Assembly (NCBI GenBank): GCA_965237955.1
Contig: OZ250169.1
Span: forward strand, 6,944,001-7,008,000
DNA: 64,000 nucleotides
Origin: Candidatus Marinacidobacterales bacterium
Lineage (GTDB): Bacteria > Acidobacteriota > Vicinamibacteria > Marinacidobacterales > SMYC01
Direction of reading: 5' to 3'
Shown here one piece after another: positions 50,171 to 59,073 of the stretch (positions within the stretch are counted from its first letter, which is position 1; each line of letters begins with the position of its first letter). Below the pieces are notes generated by a model. The model was not told the DNA's origin and did not search any database. It was given only the letters and a program-made list of their open reading frames with translations. A program made the position numbers and the translations under genes.

Positions 50171-52738
50171 TTGGAGTCAAGACCAAGGGCTTCTACGCGA
50201 TACCGCAAGAAGACGGTACGGTGCGGCTCGAGATTCCGGGCTTTGTGGAGGCGGCCGAAGCGGGCCTGCCTTCGGTTCCTGTCAAGCGAGCCTGGGTGAA
50301 GGCGGTGGCGGGGCGAGACGTCCGCATCGCTTCGGTGCGTCCGAGCGACGTGGTGGCGTTTTCCTCGTTGAGACCTTCCGCTGCGGAGGCTCCGGAGGTG
50401 ATTGCAGACCAGTCGGGAGTGGTTCAGGCGGGCCGACGGCGGCAGAGATGGTTGAGGACACTCTTCCGTGGGGATGGCTTGTACCCCGAGGAGACGGCGC
50501 ATGTGGTGAGTGTGGCCTTTCAGGGCGAGGTGAAAAAGGCTCTGATGGAGCTGGCGCCCCTGCGCTGGGACCCTGGCTCGGGACAGCTTCTTCTAGCGCG
50601 GCGTCTGGTGGTGCGGCTTACGTTTGCCGGCCGCGTGCCGGATGAGCTCGGGCAGGGCGGCTCGCGGGGCCACCACCACAGGGAGCGCGGCCAGCCATCG
50701 AACTCGAGCCAATGTGGTAGTAGTGCGGTTTCTGGCGCGGGAGAAGGGAGTGTACGGGGTGAGGTTTGAGGACGTGTTCGGCTCGCGCCGGCGTGGGGTG
50801 CGGGTGTCCTCGCTGCGATTGAGCCGTCTCGGAGAGCCGGTGGGCTTCCACGTGGAGCCCGACAAGGGCCCGTTCGGCCCCGGCTCGACGCTGTACTTCG
50901 CGAGCGACGGCGCATCCTTGAATCCTTACGGGGACGCGGCGGTGTACGAGCTGGAGCGCGCGCGCGGCGGGGTGTTGATGCCGCTCGAGGAGGCATCGGC
51001 ATCGGGGACGGCGACGGAGTTTTACTGGCATCGAGCGGAGTGGGAGGAGAATCGTATTTACCAGGCCGCGATCTTGGATGCGCCCGACCTATGGACGTGG
51101 GACGCGCTTCTCGCTCCGGTGCTGAAGAGCTATCCGGTGGACGTGGACCAGCTCGCCCCCACCACCGAAGCGGCGCTTCTTACGCTGTGGCTGCAAGGGG
51201 TGAGCGACTTCGACGCCTCGCCGGACCACCATGTGCGGGTGTACCTCAATGGAAGCCAGGTGGCCGAGGAGTGGTGGGACGGCGGCAAGCCTTTGAAGGT
51301 GGCCGCCGAGCTCGCACCGGGGCTTTTGGTCGAGGGAGCCAATGAGCTTTCGATTGAGAACGTGGGGGAGACCGAGGCTGCTTACTCGTTCGTGCTTCTC
51401 GACCGCTATGCGGTGAGCTATCCACGGATGGCGGTGGCGGAACAAGGCTATTTGGAGGGGAGCTGGAGCACGTCGGGAGTGGCGGAGGTCTCCGCTCTTA
51501 GTGGCAAAGCGTACGTGGTGGACGTGACGGAAGAGCCGCCGCGCTGGTTGACGGGGGTCGAGCTCCTGGACGCAGAGCGGGCTCGCTTCGGGGTCCGAGC
51601 CGATCGGAGCTACCGGGTGGTGAGCGCGGAGGCGGCTTTGTCTCCGCAAGTGCTCAAACCTCTTCGCAGTCGCTTGAAGAGCAAGCGGAACCGGGCGGAC
51701 TACCTGGTCATCAGGCCGCAGGCGCTGCTCGCAGCAGCCAAACCTTTGCTCGAGCTCCGGCGCAGCCAGGGACTACGGACGAAGGCAGTCTCCATGGAAG
51801 AGATCTACTCGGAGTTTGGCTTCGGGGAGACGCGTCCGGAAGCGGTGAAGGAGTTCCTGTCCTACGCCTACCACCACTGGCGCTCGCCCTCGGTTCTCTA
51901 CGTGCTCTTGCTGGGCGATGCGACGTACGACTACAAAGACTACCTGGGCACCGGAGTCGCGAACCAAGTGCCGCCGCTCATGATGAAGACCACGTACATG
52001 TGGACCGCCTCCGACCCGGCGTACGCCGCGGTGAATGGGGACGATATTCTTCCCGACCTGGCCATCGGTCGTCTGCCGGCGGCCAATGTGGAAGAGGTGG
52101 AGCGATTGGTGGCGAAGATCCTGGCCTACGAGACGGGGGAGGTAACGCTCGCGGGCACGGCCGTCTTGGTGGCCGACAACCCCGACATCGCGGGAAACTT
52201 CCAGGCCGACGCGGATGAGATTGCCTCGAGCCTCCTCGCCTCTCGTCCGGTGAAGAAGATTTACCTGAGCGAGCTGGGCGCGGCGGCGACGACGAGCGCC
52301 ATCTTCGAGGCCTTCGACGAAGGAGCCTCCTTGGTGAGCTATGTGGGCCACGGAGGTATTGCCATATGGGCGTCGGAGAATCTCTTCAATATCTTCAATG
52401 TCAGCTCCCTGGCTCCGCAGTCACAGCAGCCGATCGTGCTGACCATGAACTGCCTGAACGGCTACTTCATCTTCCCCTACTTCAACTCGCTGTCGGAAGA
52501 GCTCCTGAAGGCGGAGGGCAAAGGTGCCATCGCGGCCTTTTCTCCAAGCGGCCTCAGCGTGAACGGGCCGGCGCATCTCTTCCACAAGGCACTGCTCAGC
52601 GAGCTGTCCAGCGACAGGCACGAGCGTCTCGGCGACGCGGTGCTGGCAGCTCAGACGACCTATGCGGACCGCGGCGCCTTCGTGGAGCTTCTGAGCATTT
52701 ATCACCTGCTCGGAGATCCTGCTCTGACGCTTCGGTAA
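50171..52738 (+). CDS. C-terminal part of the giant protein: propeptide-like region plus C25 (gingipain/PorU-like) cysteine peptidase (frameshift near 50692)
   Basis: G.PSVPV, GVYGV, ADYLVI, YVLLLGDATYD, ASD..YA...GDD..PDLAIGRLP, YVGHG (His), TMNCLNG (Cys), YHLLGDP. Confidence 0.88.
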
Positions 52739-52744
52739 GGGAGC

Positions 52745-52891
52745 CGAGTCGTTCACGACACTTCCCGCGGGCGCCTCCCAGCGAACGGTTGGTTCGACGA
52801 AGGCGAAGTCGGCGGTCAGCTCCATGTCGCGGTCTTCGTCAGAGCCCGTCAACCATTTCGTGATCACATCGTTCTCGAAATGACTTGCCAT
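52745..52891 (-). pseudogene. 5' fragment of a DUF1353-like gene truncated at the end of the C25 gene
   Basis: GGGGAG RBS then MASHFENDVITKWL...DRDMEL..DFAF......WEAPAGSVVND; the expected GASIPR continuation is missing. Confidence 0.5.
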
Positions 52892-52955
52892 AGACTCCCC
52901 CGTTAGCCGCGCGTTCGACATCGCCAAACTTACCCCTGATACTAAGTGAAAAGCG

Positions 52956-53378
52956 ATGAGCAAGACACTGCTGTACCGCTGGTTCGGATTCGGCCGGTTG
53001 CCGAAACCGATGATGCCGATCCTCGAGCAGAAGGGCATTGCGTTGTTGGAAGAAGGTATCGGACGGTCGATCACGTTCCGGAACTTTCGCGCACCCGGAA
53101 AACGCTACAGCTACCGCAAGAACTGGTTTACCGGCTCGCTTATCGTGACCGAGCTGCGCTTCGCCGGGTTCGCCTTCAGAAGACCCGTCATCAACGTCCC
53201 GCTCGAAGGCCCGTACCTGGACAAACTCGACTGCTCATTGGAGAAGGAGCACGCAGTTCTTCGCGTCGCCTTCGATTCGTCAGATTTTCACGAAGATTGG
53301 TCCGGTATGATCGAGTGCAGATTCCGAACACCGATGGCCCGACAGTTTCTGGAGCGAATTGGGGTATCGAGTCAGTGA
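52956..53378 (+). CDS. Hypothetical protein
   Basis: Clean 140-aa ORF filling the gap in the same orientation as the next gene. Confidence 0.75.
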   Translation: MSKTLLYRWFGFGRLPKPMMPILEQKGIALLEEGIGRSITFRNFRAPGKRYSYRKNWFTGSLIVTELRFAGFAFRRPVINVPLEGPYLDKLDCSLEKEHAVLRVAFDSSDFHEDWSGMIECRFRTPMARQFLERIGVSSQ

Positions 53379-53391
53379 TAGACTGCCGCGA

Positions 53392-54135
53392 ATGGAGCAG
53401 GGCGAGTACCGACGGCTCTACGAGCTCGAAGAGAACCTTTGGTGGTTCCGTGGGATGGAGCGGATCTCCATGGCCTTGCTCGATCGGTTCGTGGACTCGG
53501 AGAGAGAGCTCGATCTCCTCGATGCCGGGTGCGGCACCGGGGGCATGCTGTCCGCTCTCGCGCGCTACGGGACCGCGACCGGGCTCGACCGTTCACAGGA
53601 CGCGCTTCGATTTGCGCGCGAGCGCAACGACGGTTCTCTGACTCGAGGAAGCGTCGCGCGGCTACCGTTCGCGAACGATAGCTTCGATCTGGTGACGTCG
53701 TTCGATGTTCTCTATCACGTCGGCGTCAGCGACGACGTCGAAGCGCTCCGAGAGATTGCGCGCGTCATCCGTCCCGGTGGGACGCTTCTCGTTCGCGTCC
53801 CGGCGTTCGAGTCGCTCCGAAGCCAGCACGACGAGGCGGTCCACACGCGACAACGTTACGGGAAACAAGAGCTCACCGAAAAGCTTCGGAGCGCTAGGCT
53901 CGAGCCGGTGTTCGTTTCGTTTGCCAACTGTTTGTTGTTCCCCGTGGCCGTTTTACGGCGCGGAGCAGAGCGAGTGTTCGGCTCCGGGCGAGAAGGCTCT
54001 GAGGTGGAGGCAATAGGTCCCATCCTCAATAAGACGCTCTTGTTACCGCTTCGAATCGAAGCATGGTTACTGCGACGGACAGCGCTCCCGTTTGGGCTTT
54101 CGCTCGTTGCGGTCGCAAGGAAGCCCGGCGCATGA
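53392..54135 (+). CDS. Class I SAM-dependent methyltransferase
   Basis: E...WWF, LLDAGCGTG, LPFANDSFDLV, RVIRPGG, HD.AVHT..RY. Confidence 0.92.
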   Translation: MEQGEYRRLYELEENLWWFRGMERISMALLDRFVDSERELDLLDAGCGTGGMLSALARYGTATGLDRSQDALRFARERNDGSLTRGSVARLPFANDSFDLVTSFDVLYHVGVSDDVEALREIARVIRPGGTLLVRVPAFESLRSQHDEAVHTRQRYGKQELTEKLRSARLEPVFVSFANCLLFPVAVLRRGAERVFGSGREGSEVEAIGPILNKTLLLPLRIEAWLLRRTALPFGLSLVAVARKPGA

Positions 54136-54165
54136 CGGATTTTAACGCGCTTCCTGCGCACTATC

Positions 54166-55029
54166 TCAAGAAATCTGGTTTGCGGCGTGGTAGGAGCTTC
54201 GCACTAGTGGACCCGCCTCCACGTGGCGGAAGCCGATCGCACGGCCTCTATCTGCCAGCTCACGGAACTCGTCGGGATGAACGAAACGCTCTACCCGCAG
54301 GTGCTCTTTCGTCGGCTGCAGGTACTGGCCGATGGTGAACACGTCGACACCGGCGTCGTCGACGAGCTCGCGCATGACCGCTTCAACTTCGTCGAGGCTT
54401 TCGCCGAGCCCAAGCATGATGCCCGTCTTGCTGACGATGTCGTTTCTGATTTCCTTCACCCGCCTCAAGAGCTCGACCGATTGCGCAAAACTCGCTCCCG
54501 GGCGGACGTGCCGGTAGAGCCTGGGCACGGTCTCGATGTTGTGGTTCAAAATTTCGGGCCGCGCGCCCAAGACGGTCTGGAGTGAGGCGCGTGAGCCCTT
54601 GAAGTCGGGAATCAACACTTCGATCCTCGTATCCGGCATGCGCTCTCGTACGGCTTCGATCGTTCTCGCGAACATCACCGCTCCGCCGTCGGGAAGCTCG
54701 TCCCGATTCACCGATGTGATGACGGCGTGGGTCAAACCCATGGCCTCGACCGCATCGGCGACACGCCGCGGCTCGTCCTGATCGAGAACCTGTGGAAGCC
54801 CGGTCTTGACGGCGCAGAACCCGCACGATCGCGTGCACACGTCGCCCAGGATCATGAACGTCGCCGTCCCCTGTCCCCAACACTCGGCGACGTTCGGGCA
54901 TCGCGCCTCTTCACACACGGTGTGCAGGCCCTTGTCCCGCATGATGCCCTTCAGGCGAAAGTAGTCGTCGCCGGTGGGAAGGCGTACTTTCAGCCAATCG
55001 GGTCGCGGGGAGCGCGTCATCGTCGCCAT
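54166..55029 (-). CDS. lipA: Lipoyl synthase
   Basis: CEEARCPNVAEC, CTRSCGFC, VRSSYHA. Confidence 0.98.
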   Translation of the reverse strand: MATMTRSPRPDWLKVRLPTGDDYFRLKGIMRDKGLHTVCEEARCPNVAECWGQGTATFMILGDVCTRSCGFCAVKTGLPQVLDQDEPRRVADAVEAMGLTHAVITSVNRDELPDGGAVMFARTIEAVRERMPDTRIEVLIPDFKGSRASLQTVLGARPEILNHNIETVPRLYRHVRPGASFAQSVELLRRVKEIRNDIVSKTGIMLGLGESLDEVEAVMRELVDDAGVDVFTIGQYLQPTKEHLRVERFVHPDEFRELADRGRAIGFRHVEAGPLVRSSYHAANQIS

Positions 55030-55041
55030 GGATGTAGCCTA

Positions 55042-56367
55042 CTACAAGATCTTCTCGTCCCAGTCCTCGAGCCGCTGCTTCAAATCGGCCATGAACTGAT
55101 CGGCGAGTGCACCGTCGATGAGCCGGTGATCGAACGACAGCGCGAGGTACACCATGGAGCGCACCCCGATGCCGTCGTTGACGACGACCGGCCGCTTGTG
55201 AATCCCGCCGAGAGCGAGGATCGCAACTTGCGGTTGGTTGATGATGGGCGTTCCGAAGAGTCCGCCGAACACACCGGGGTTCGTGATCGTGAACGTTCCG
55301 CCTTGAACGTCGGCGGGCATCAACTTCTTCGTGCGCGCACGCTCGCCGATGTCGTTGACGGCACGAGCGAGGCCGAGAAAGCTTTTCTCGTCCGCATGGT
55401 GGATGACGGGAACGATGAGCCCGCCGTCGAGCGCGACCGCGATGCCGAGGTTTTTGTCCTTGTGGTAGACGATGGAGTCGCCGTCGATCGATGCATTGAA
55501 AATCGGAAACGCTTTCAGCGACGACAAAACCGCGTGCACGAAGAAAGGTGTATAGGTGAGCTTGACGCCGTCCCGTTGAAAAGCGGCCTTGTACTCGGCT
55601 CGCTGGGCGACGATGCGGCTCACGTCGGCTTCGAACACGGTGGTGACATGCGCCGAGGTCTGCTGCGACACCACCATGTGCTCCGCGATGGACTTCCGCA
55701 TCTTGCTCATGGGCTCGACGTGGACACGTGATTCGTGCGCGGACGCCGGCGCGGCAGGCGGAGGCGATGCTGCCGGCGGCCCAGATTGAGGAGCGGCGGG
55801 CGGCGCGGGAGGTGCCGGTGTCGGGACAACCCCCATAGGCGCCGCTGGCGGGGCGGGTGGAGCCTCGACAAACTTCAAAACGTCTTGCTTGGTGACGCGC
55901 CCACCGCGTCCGGTGCCCGTCAGACGAGAGAGGTCGATGCCGTGCTCGCGCGCCATCTTGCGCACTAGCGGCGAGCTGCGGAGGCCCGGTTGGGGATGTT
56001 GGGCCGGTTGAGGACGTTCGGGATGTTCCGGGGGCGAAGTATCAGTCCGAGGCTCCGGGGCAGCACCCGGTGGCGACGACGACCGAGCAGGGGTTGGCGG
56101 CGACGGAGGAGAAGGAGTGGTCGCCTCTTTGACTTCCCCACCGATGACTCCGATGACGGTATTAATGGGAACGGTCTCGCCTTCCTGCACTTTGATCTCG
56201 GACAACACCCCGGACGTCGGCGCGGGGATCTCCGTGTCCACTTTGTCGGTGGAAATCTCGAGGAGCGGCTCGTCACGCTCGACGGTATCGCCTACTTTCT
56301 TGAACCATTTGGTGACCGTTCCCTCGGCGATGCTCTCACCCATTTGCGGCATGATCACGTCAGTCAT
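55042..56367 (-). CDS. 2-oxoacid dehydrogenase E2 dihydrolipoamide acyltransferase
   Basis: Lipoyl domain EISTDKVD; E3-binding SPLVRKMA...GTG.GGRVTK.D; catalytic FDHRLIDG. Confidence 0.95.
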   Translation of the reverse strand: MTDVIMPQMGESIAEGTVTKWFKKVGDTVERDEPLLEISTDKVDTEIPAPTSGVLSEIKVQEGETVPINTVIGVIGGEVKEATTPSPPSPPTPARSSSPPGAAPEPRTDTSPPEHPERPQPAQHPQPGLRSSPLVRKMAREHGIDLSRLTGTGRGGRVTKQDVLKFVEAPPAPPAAPMGVVPTPAPPAPPAAPQSGPPAASPPPAAPASAHESRVHVEPMSKMRKSIAEHMVVSQQTSAHVTTVFEADVSRIVAQRAEYKAAFQRDGVKLTYTPFFVHAVLSSLKAFPIFNASIDGDSIVYHKDKNLGIAVALDGGLIVPVIHHADEKSFLGLARAVNDIGERARTKKLMPADVQGGTFTITNPGVFGGLFGTPIINQPQVAILALGGIHKRPVVVNDGIGVRSMVYLALSFDHRLIDGALADQFMADLKQRLEDWDEKIL

Positions 56368-56397
56368 GAAACCGTCTTCCTTCTTCTAGATCCCCAT

Positions 56398-57381
56398 TCA
56401 ATACGCGTGGAGCGTCCGCGCTGCTCGCACCACGTCCTCGGGTTGGGGGATGAACGCATCTTCCAGTGATGCAGCATAAGGGACCGGAGTGTCGGGCGCG
56501 GTCACGCGCACGATGGGCCCGTCCAAATCGTCGAAAGCTTCTTCGGCGATGATTGCCGCGACCTCGCCCGCCATACCGCCGGTACGCGTGTCTTCGTGGA
56601 GGAGCATCACTTTGTTCACTCGGCGCACGGCGTCGAGAATACACTCTTGATCGAGCGGTACGAGACTTCGCAGATCGATGACCTCGAGCTCGATACCTTC
56701 GCCCGCCAACGTCTCCGCGGCCTCGAGCGCCGTGTACAACATCGCGCCATAGGTGATGAGCACGATGTGCTTCCCGCGCCGTTTCACCGCGGCCTTCCCG
56801 ATGGGCACGATGTCGTCTGCGGCGGCGAGCTCGGACTCGGGCACTTTGATATGCCGATAGAGCTTCTTGTGCTCGAGATAGAGCACCGGGTCTTCGTCGC
56901 GGATCGCGGCTTTCATGAGACCGCGCGCGTCGGCAACCGTCGCCGGGGTCACCACTTTGATGCCTGGCGTGTGGACGAAGTGCATTTCGGGATTCTGCGA
57001 ATGGAACGGGCCCGCTCGAACCCCGCCTCCCGACGGCCCTCGCAGAACGATGGGAACGCCGGCGCCCCAGCGGTAGCGGCTCTTCGCGGCGAAGTTCGTG
57101 ATCATGTTGAACGCGTTCGCGATGAAATCGATGAACTGGAACTCGACGATCGGGCGGAGCCCGTTGAAAGCGGCGCCGATGGCGACGCCGGTGTACCCCT
57201 CCTCGCTGATGGGGGTATCGATGACGCGCTCGGGACCGAACTGTTCGAGAAACCCCGCGGTGACTTTGAACGCGCCGCCGTAGAGGCCGATGTCTTCGCC
57301 GAGGAGCACGATGTTCTTGTCACGCTCCATCTCGTCCCACATCGCTTGGCGTATGGCTTCGAGGTAGGTGATTTCGGACAT
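56398..57381 (-). CDS. 2-oxoacid dehydrogenase E1 beta subunit
   Basis: GEDIG..GGAF, DTPISE, EFQFIDF, GPFHSQ, EHKKLY, IDLRSLVPLD. Confidence 0.95.
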   Translation of the reverse strand: MSEITYLEAIRQAMWDEMERDKNIVLLGEDIGLYGGAFKVTAGFLEQFGPERVIDTPISEEGYTGVAIGAAFNGLRPIVEFQFIDFIANAFNMITNFAAKSRYRWGAGVPIVLRGPSGGGVRAGPFHSQNPEMHFVHTPGIKVVTPATVADARGLMKAAIRDEDPVLYLEHKKLYRHIKVPESELAAADDIVPIGKAAVKRRGKHIVLITYGAMLYTALEAAETLAGEGIELEVIDLRSLVPLDQECILDAVRRVNKVMLLHEDTRTGGMAGEVAAIIAEEAFDDLDGPIVRVTAPDTPVPYAASLEDAFIPQPEDVVRAARTLHAY

Positions 57382-57409
57382 ATCGTGCTCGGGCTCTAGT
57401 ATTAGCTGG

Positions 57410-58390
57410 TTAGAGCGGTGCGTAGAGACCTTCCTCGAGTCGTTCGACGTCTGCGGGCGCCGCACCGTCGGCAGCACGCAACGCATCGGATACGGATTCT
57501 TCGGCGCGCGCGACGAGTGTCGAGCGGTCGGCCTCCGAAAGCCAGTCTTGCTGGAGTAGAAACTTCTCGAACCGCCACGCGGGATCGTTGTCGACGTCCT
57601 TCGCTTCTTCGCCACCGTCGGAGTCGAGCCGTCCCACATCCCCGAACGGCGCGGGCACCGCGCTCTCGTTTCCGAAATAGCGCCGCGAGCTTCGTAACAC
57701 CGCTTCGATCAACGTCGGACCATCGCCAGCCTGGGCACGAGCCATCGCGGTCTCCACGACTTGGACCACTTGCAGCAAATCGCTTCCGTCCACGGGAAGC
57801 GAAGCGAGCCCGTAGCCTTTGGCGCGTTCGTAGAGCTGCGCGACTTCGGAGCCTTCGCCCGACGCGGGGTAGCGGACGACGATGATGATGAGCGGGCACT
57901 TCGAAACAGCCGCGAAGTTGACGCCTTCGTGGAAGTCTCCGGTCGCGACCGCCTCTTCGGGCACGAGCGCGAGCGCGACGCGCTCTTGGTTCTGCACGCG
58001 GTAAGCGAAGGCCATACCCGCCATGACGCTCACGTGCGTCGCCGTGTGGCCGGTGGTCGCCACGAGACCGCGGGACAGATCGCCAAAGTAGCGAAGCCCT
58101 TCGCGGCCCCTGCTCGGTCCTGCCTCCTTGCCGAGAAACTGCAGCACGATCTCTTCCGGCTTGACGCCTCTGAGCAACAACGCCCCGACGGTCGGAAGCG
58201 ACGATGCGAGCGCGTCTTTGGGAGTCGGCACGAACGATGCGCCCACACTGATGGCCTCGAGGCCGGTGCGAAGCCCGAGCGGCGTCGTGAGCTCGTTTTC
58301 GCGATGGAGCCGAACGAGAGCTTCTTCGAGCCGCCGGGTGAGCACCATGTAGTACAGGAGCTCTTGAAGCTGGCGTTTACCCAAACGCAT
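57410..58390 (-). CDS. 2-oxoacid dehydrogenase E1 alpha homolog lacking the ThDP-binding motif
   Basis: Y.M.LTR.LE, G.EA..VG, GDFHEG.NFAAV, VDG.D, GDGPTLIEA are conserved; GDG..NN is replaced by PEE..RY. Confidence 0.88.
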   Translation of the reverse strand: MRLGKRQLQELLYYMVLTRRLEEALVRLHRENELTTPLGLRTGLEAISVGASFVPTPKDALASSLPTVGALLLRGVKPEEIVLQFLGKEAGPSRGREGLRYFGDLSRGLVATTGHTATHVSVMAGMAFAYRVQNQERVALALVPEEAVATGDFHEGVNFAAVSKCPLIIIVVRYPASGEGSEVAQLYERAKGYGLASLPVDGSDLLQVVQVVETAMARAQAGDGPTLIEAVLRSSRRYFGNESAVPAPFGDVGRLDSDGGEEAKDVDNDPAWRFEKFLLQQDWLSEADRSTLVARAEESVSDALRAADGAAPADVERLEEGLYAPL

Positions 58391-59073
58391 TAGCGCGCGA
58401 ACACCTCGAGATCGGCTTCGTGGGCCTCTCTGACGTCTCGGTCGAAGATACGCGCAAAGGCGCTTGAGGCGGCGTCTCTGACCGGACCACGCGCAACCGG
58501 TTCTTCTAGAAGATTTTCCATGGAACTTACTGTGCGCCCGAAGATACCACAGGGAACGATGTGTTTGAAATATTCGAGATCGGTAGCGACGTTGAGCGCA
58601 AAGCCGTGGGACGTGACCCAGCGCGAGACGCGAACGCCAATGGCGGCGAGTTTGCCACGTGGGTGCCAAACACCTGTCAGTCCCTCCTCGCGCGTCGCTT
58701 GGATATCGAACTCGCGGACGGCGTCGATGAGAAGCGCTTCGAGCGCTCGAAGATATTCGTGGACATCCGTCTTCCACGACTTCAGGTCGACGATGGGATA
58801 TCCGACGAGCTGGCCGGGGCCGTGGAACGTGACGTCACCACCGCGGTCGGTTTCGATCACCGAAGCCTCGAGTTTGTCCAGGGTTGCCGCGTCGACGAGG
58901 AGATGTTCCCGCCGCGCGCTCCGACCCAACGTGTACGTCGGAGGGTGCTCGACGAAAACGAGGACGTCGGGTACGCGCCCCTCCTGCCGGGCGGCGACGA
59001 GACGTCTTTGGAGCGCGAGCGCTTCCTCGTAGCCGCGGCGGCCGAGATCGACTTGCCAGCAGGGCTCAGACAT
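58390..59073 (-). CDS. lipB: Octanoyltransferase LipB
   Basis: EHPPTYTLG, RGGDVTFHGPGQLVGYPI, KLAAIGV, SHGFALN, IVPCGI. Confidence 0.97.
   Translation of the reverse strand: MSEPCWQVDLGRRGYEEALALQRRLVAARQEGRVPDVLVFVEHPPTYTLGRSARREHLLVDAATLDKLEASVIETDRGGDVTFHGPGQLVGYPIVDLKSWKTDVHEYLRALEALLIDAVREFDIQATREEGLTGVWHPRGKLAAIGVRVSRWVTSHGFALNVATDLEYFKHIVPCGIFGRTVSSMENLLEEPVARGPVRDAASSAFARIFDRDVREAHEADLEVFAR

Noticed and set aside
29580-50700. Widespread pseudogenisation implied by frameshifts near 31245, 32230, 47060, 49855 and 50692
   Set aside because: Each is explained by one extra base in a homopolymer with intact flanking protein, typical of long-read consensus error; cannot be settled without reads
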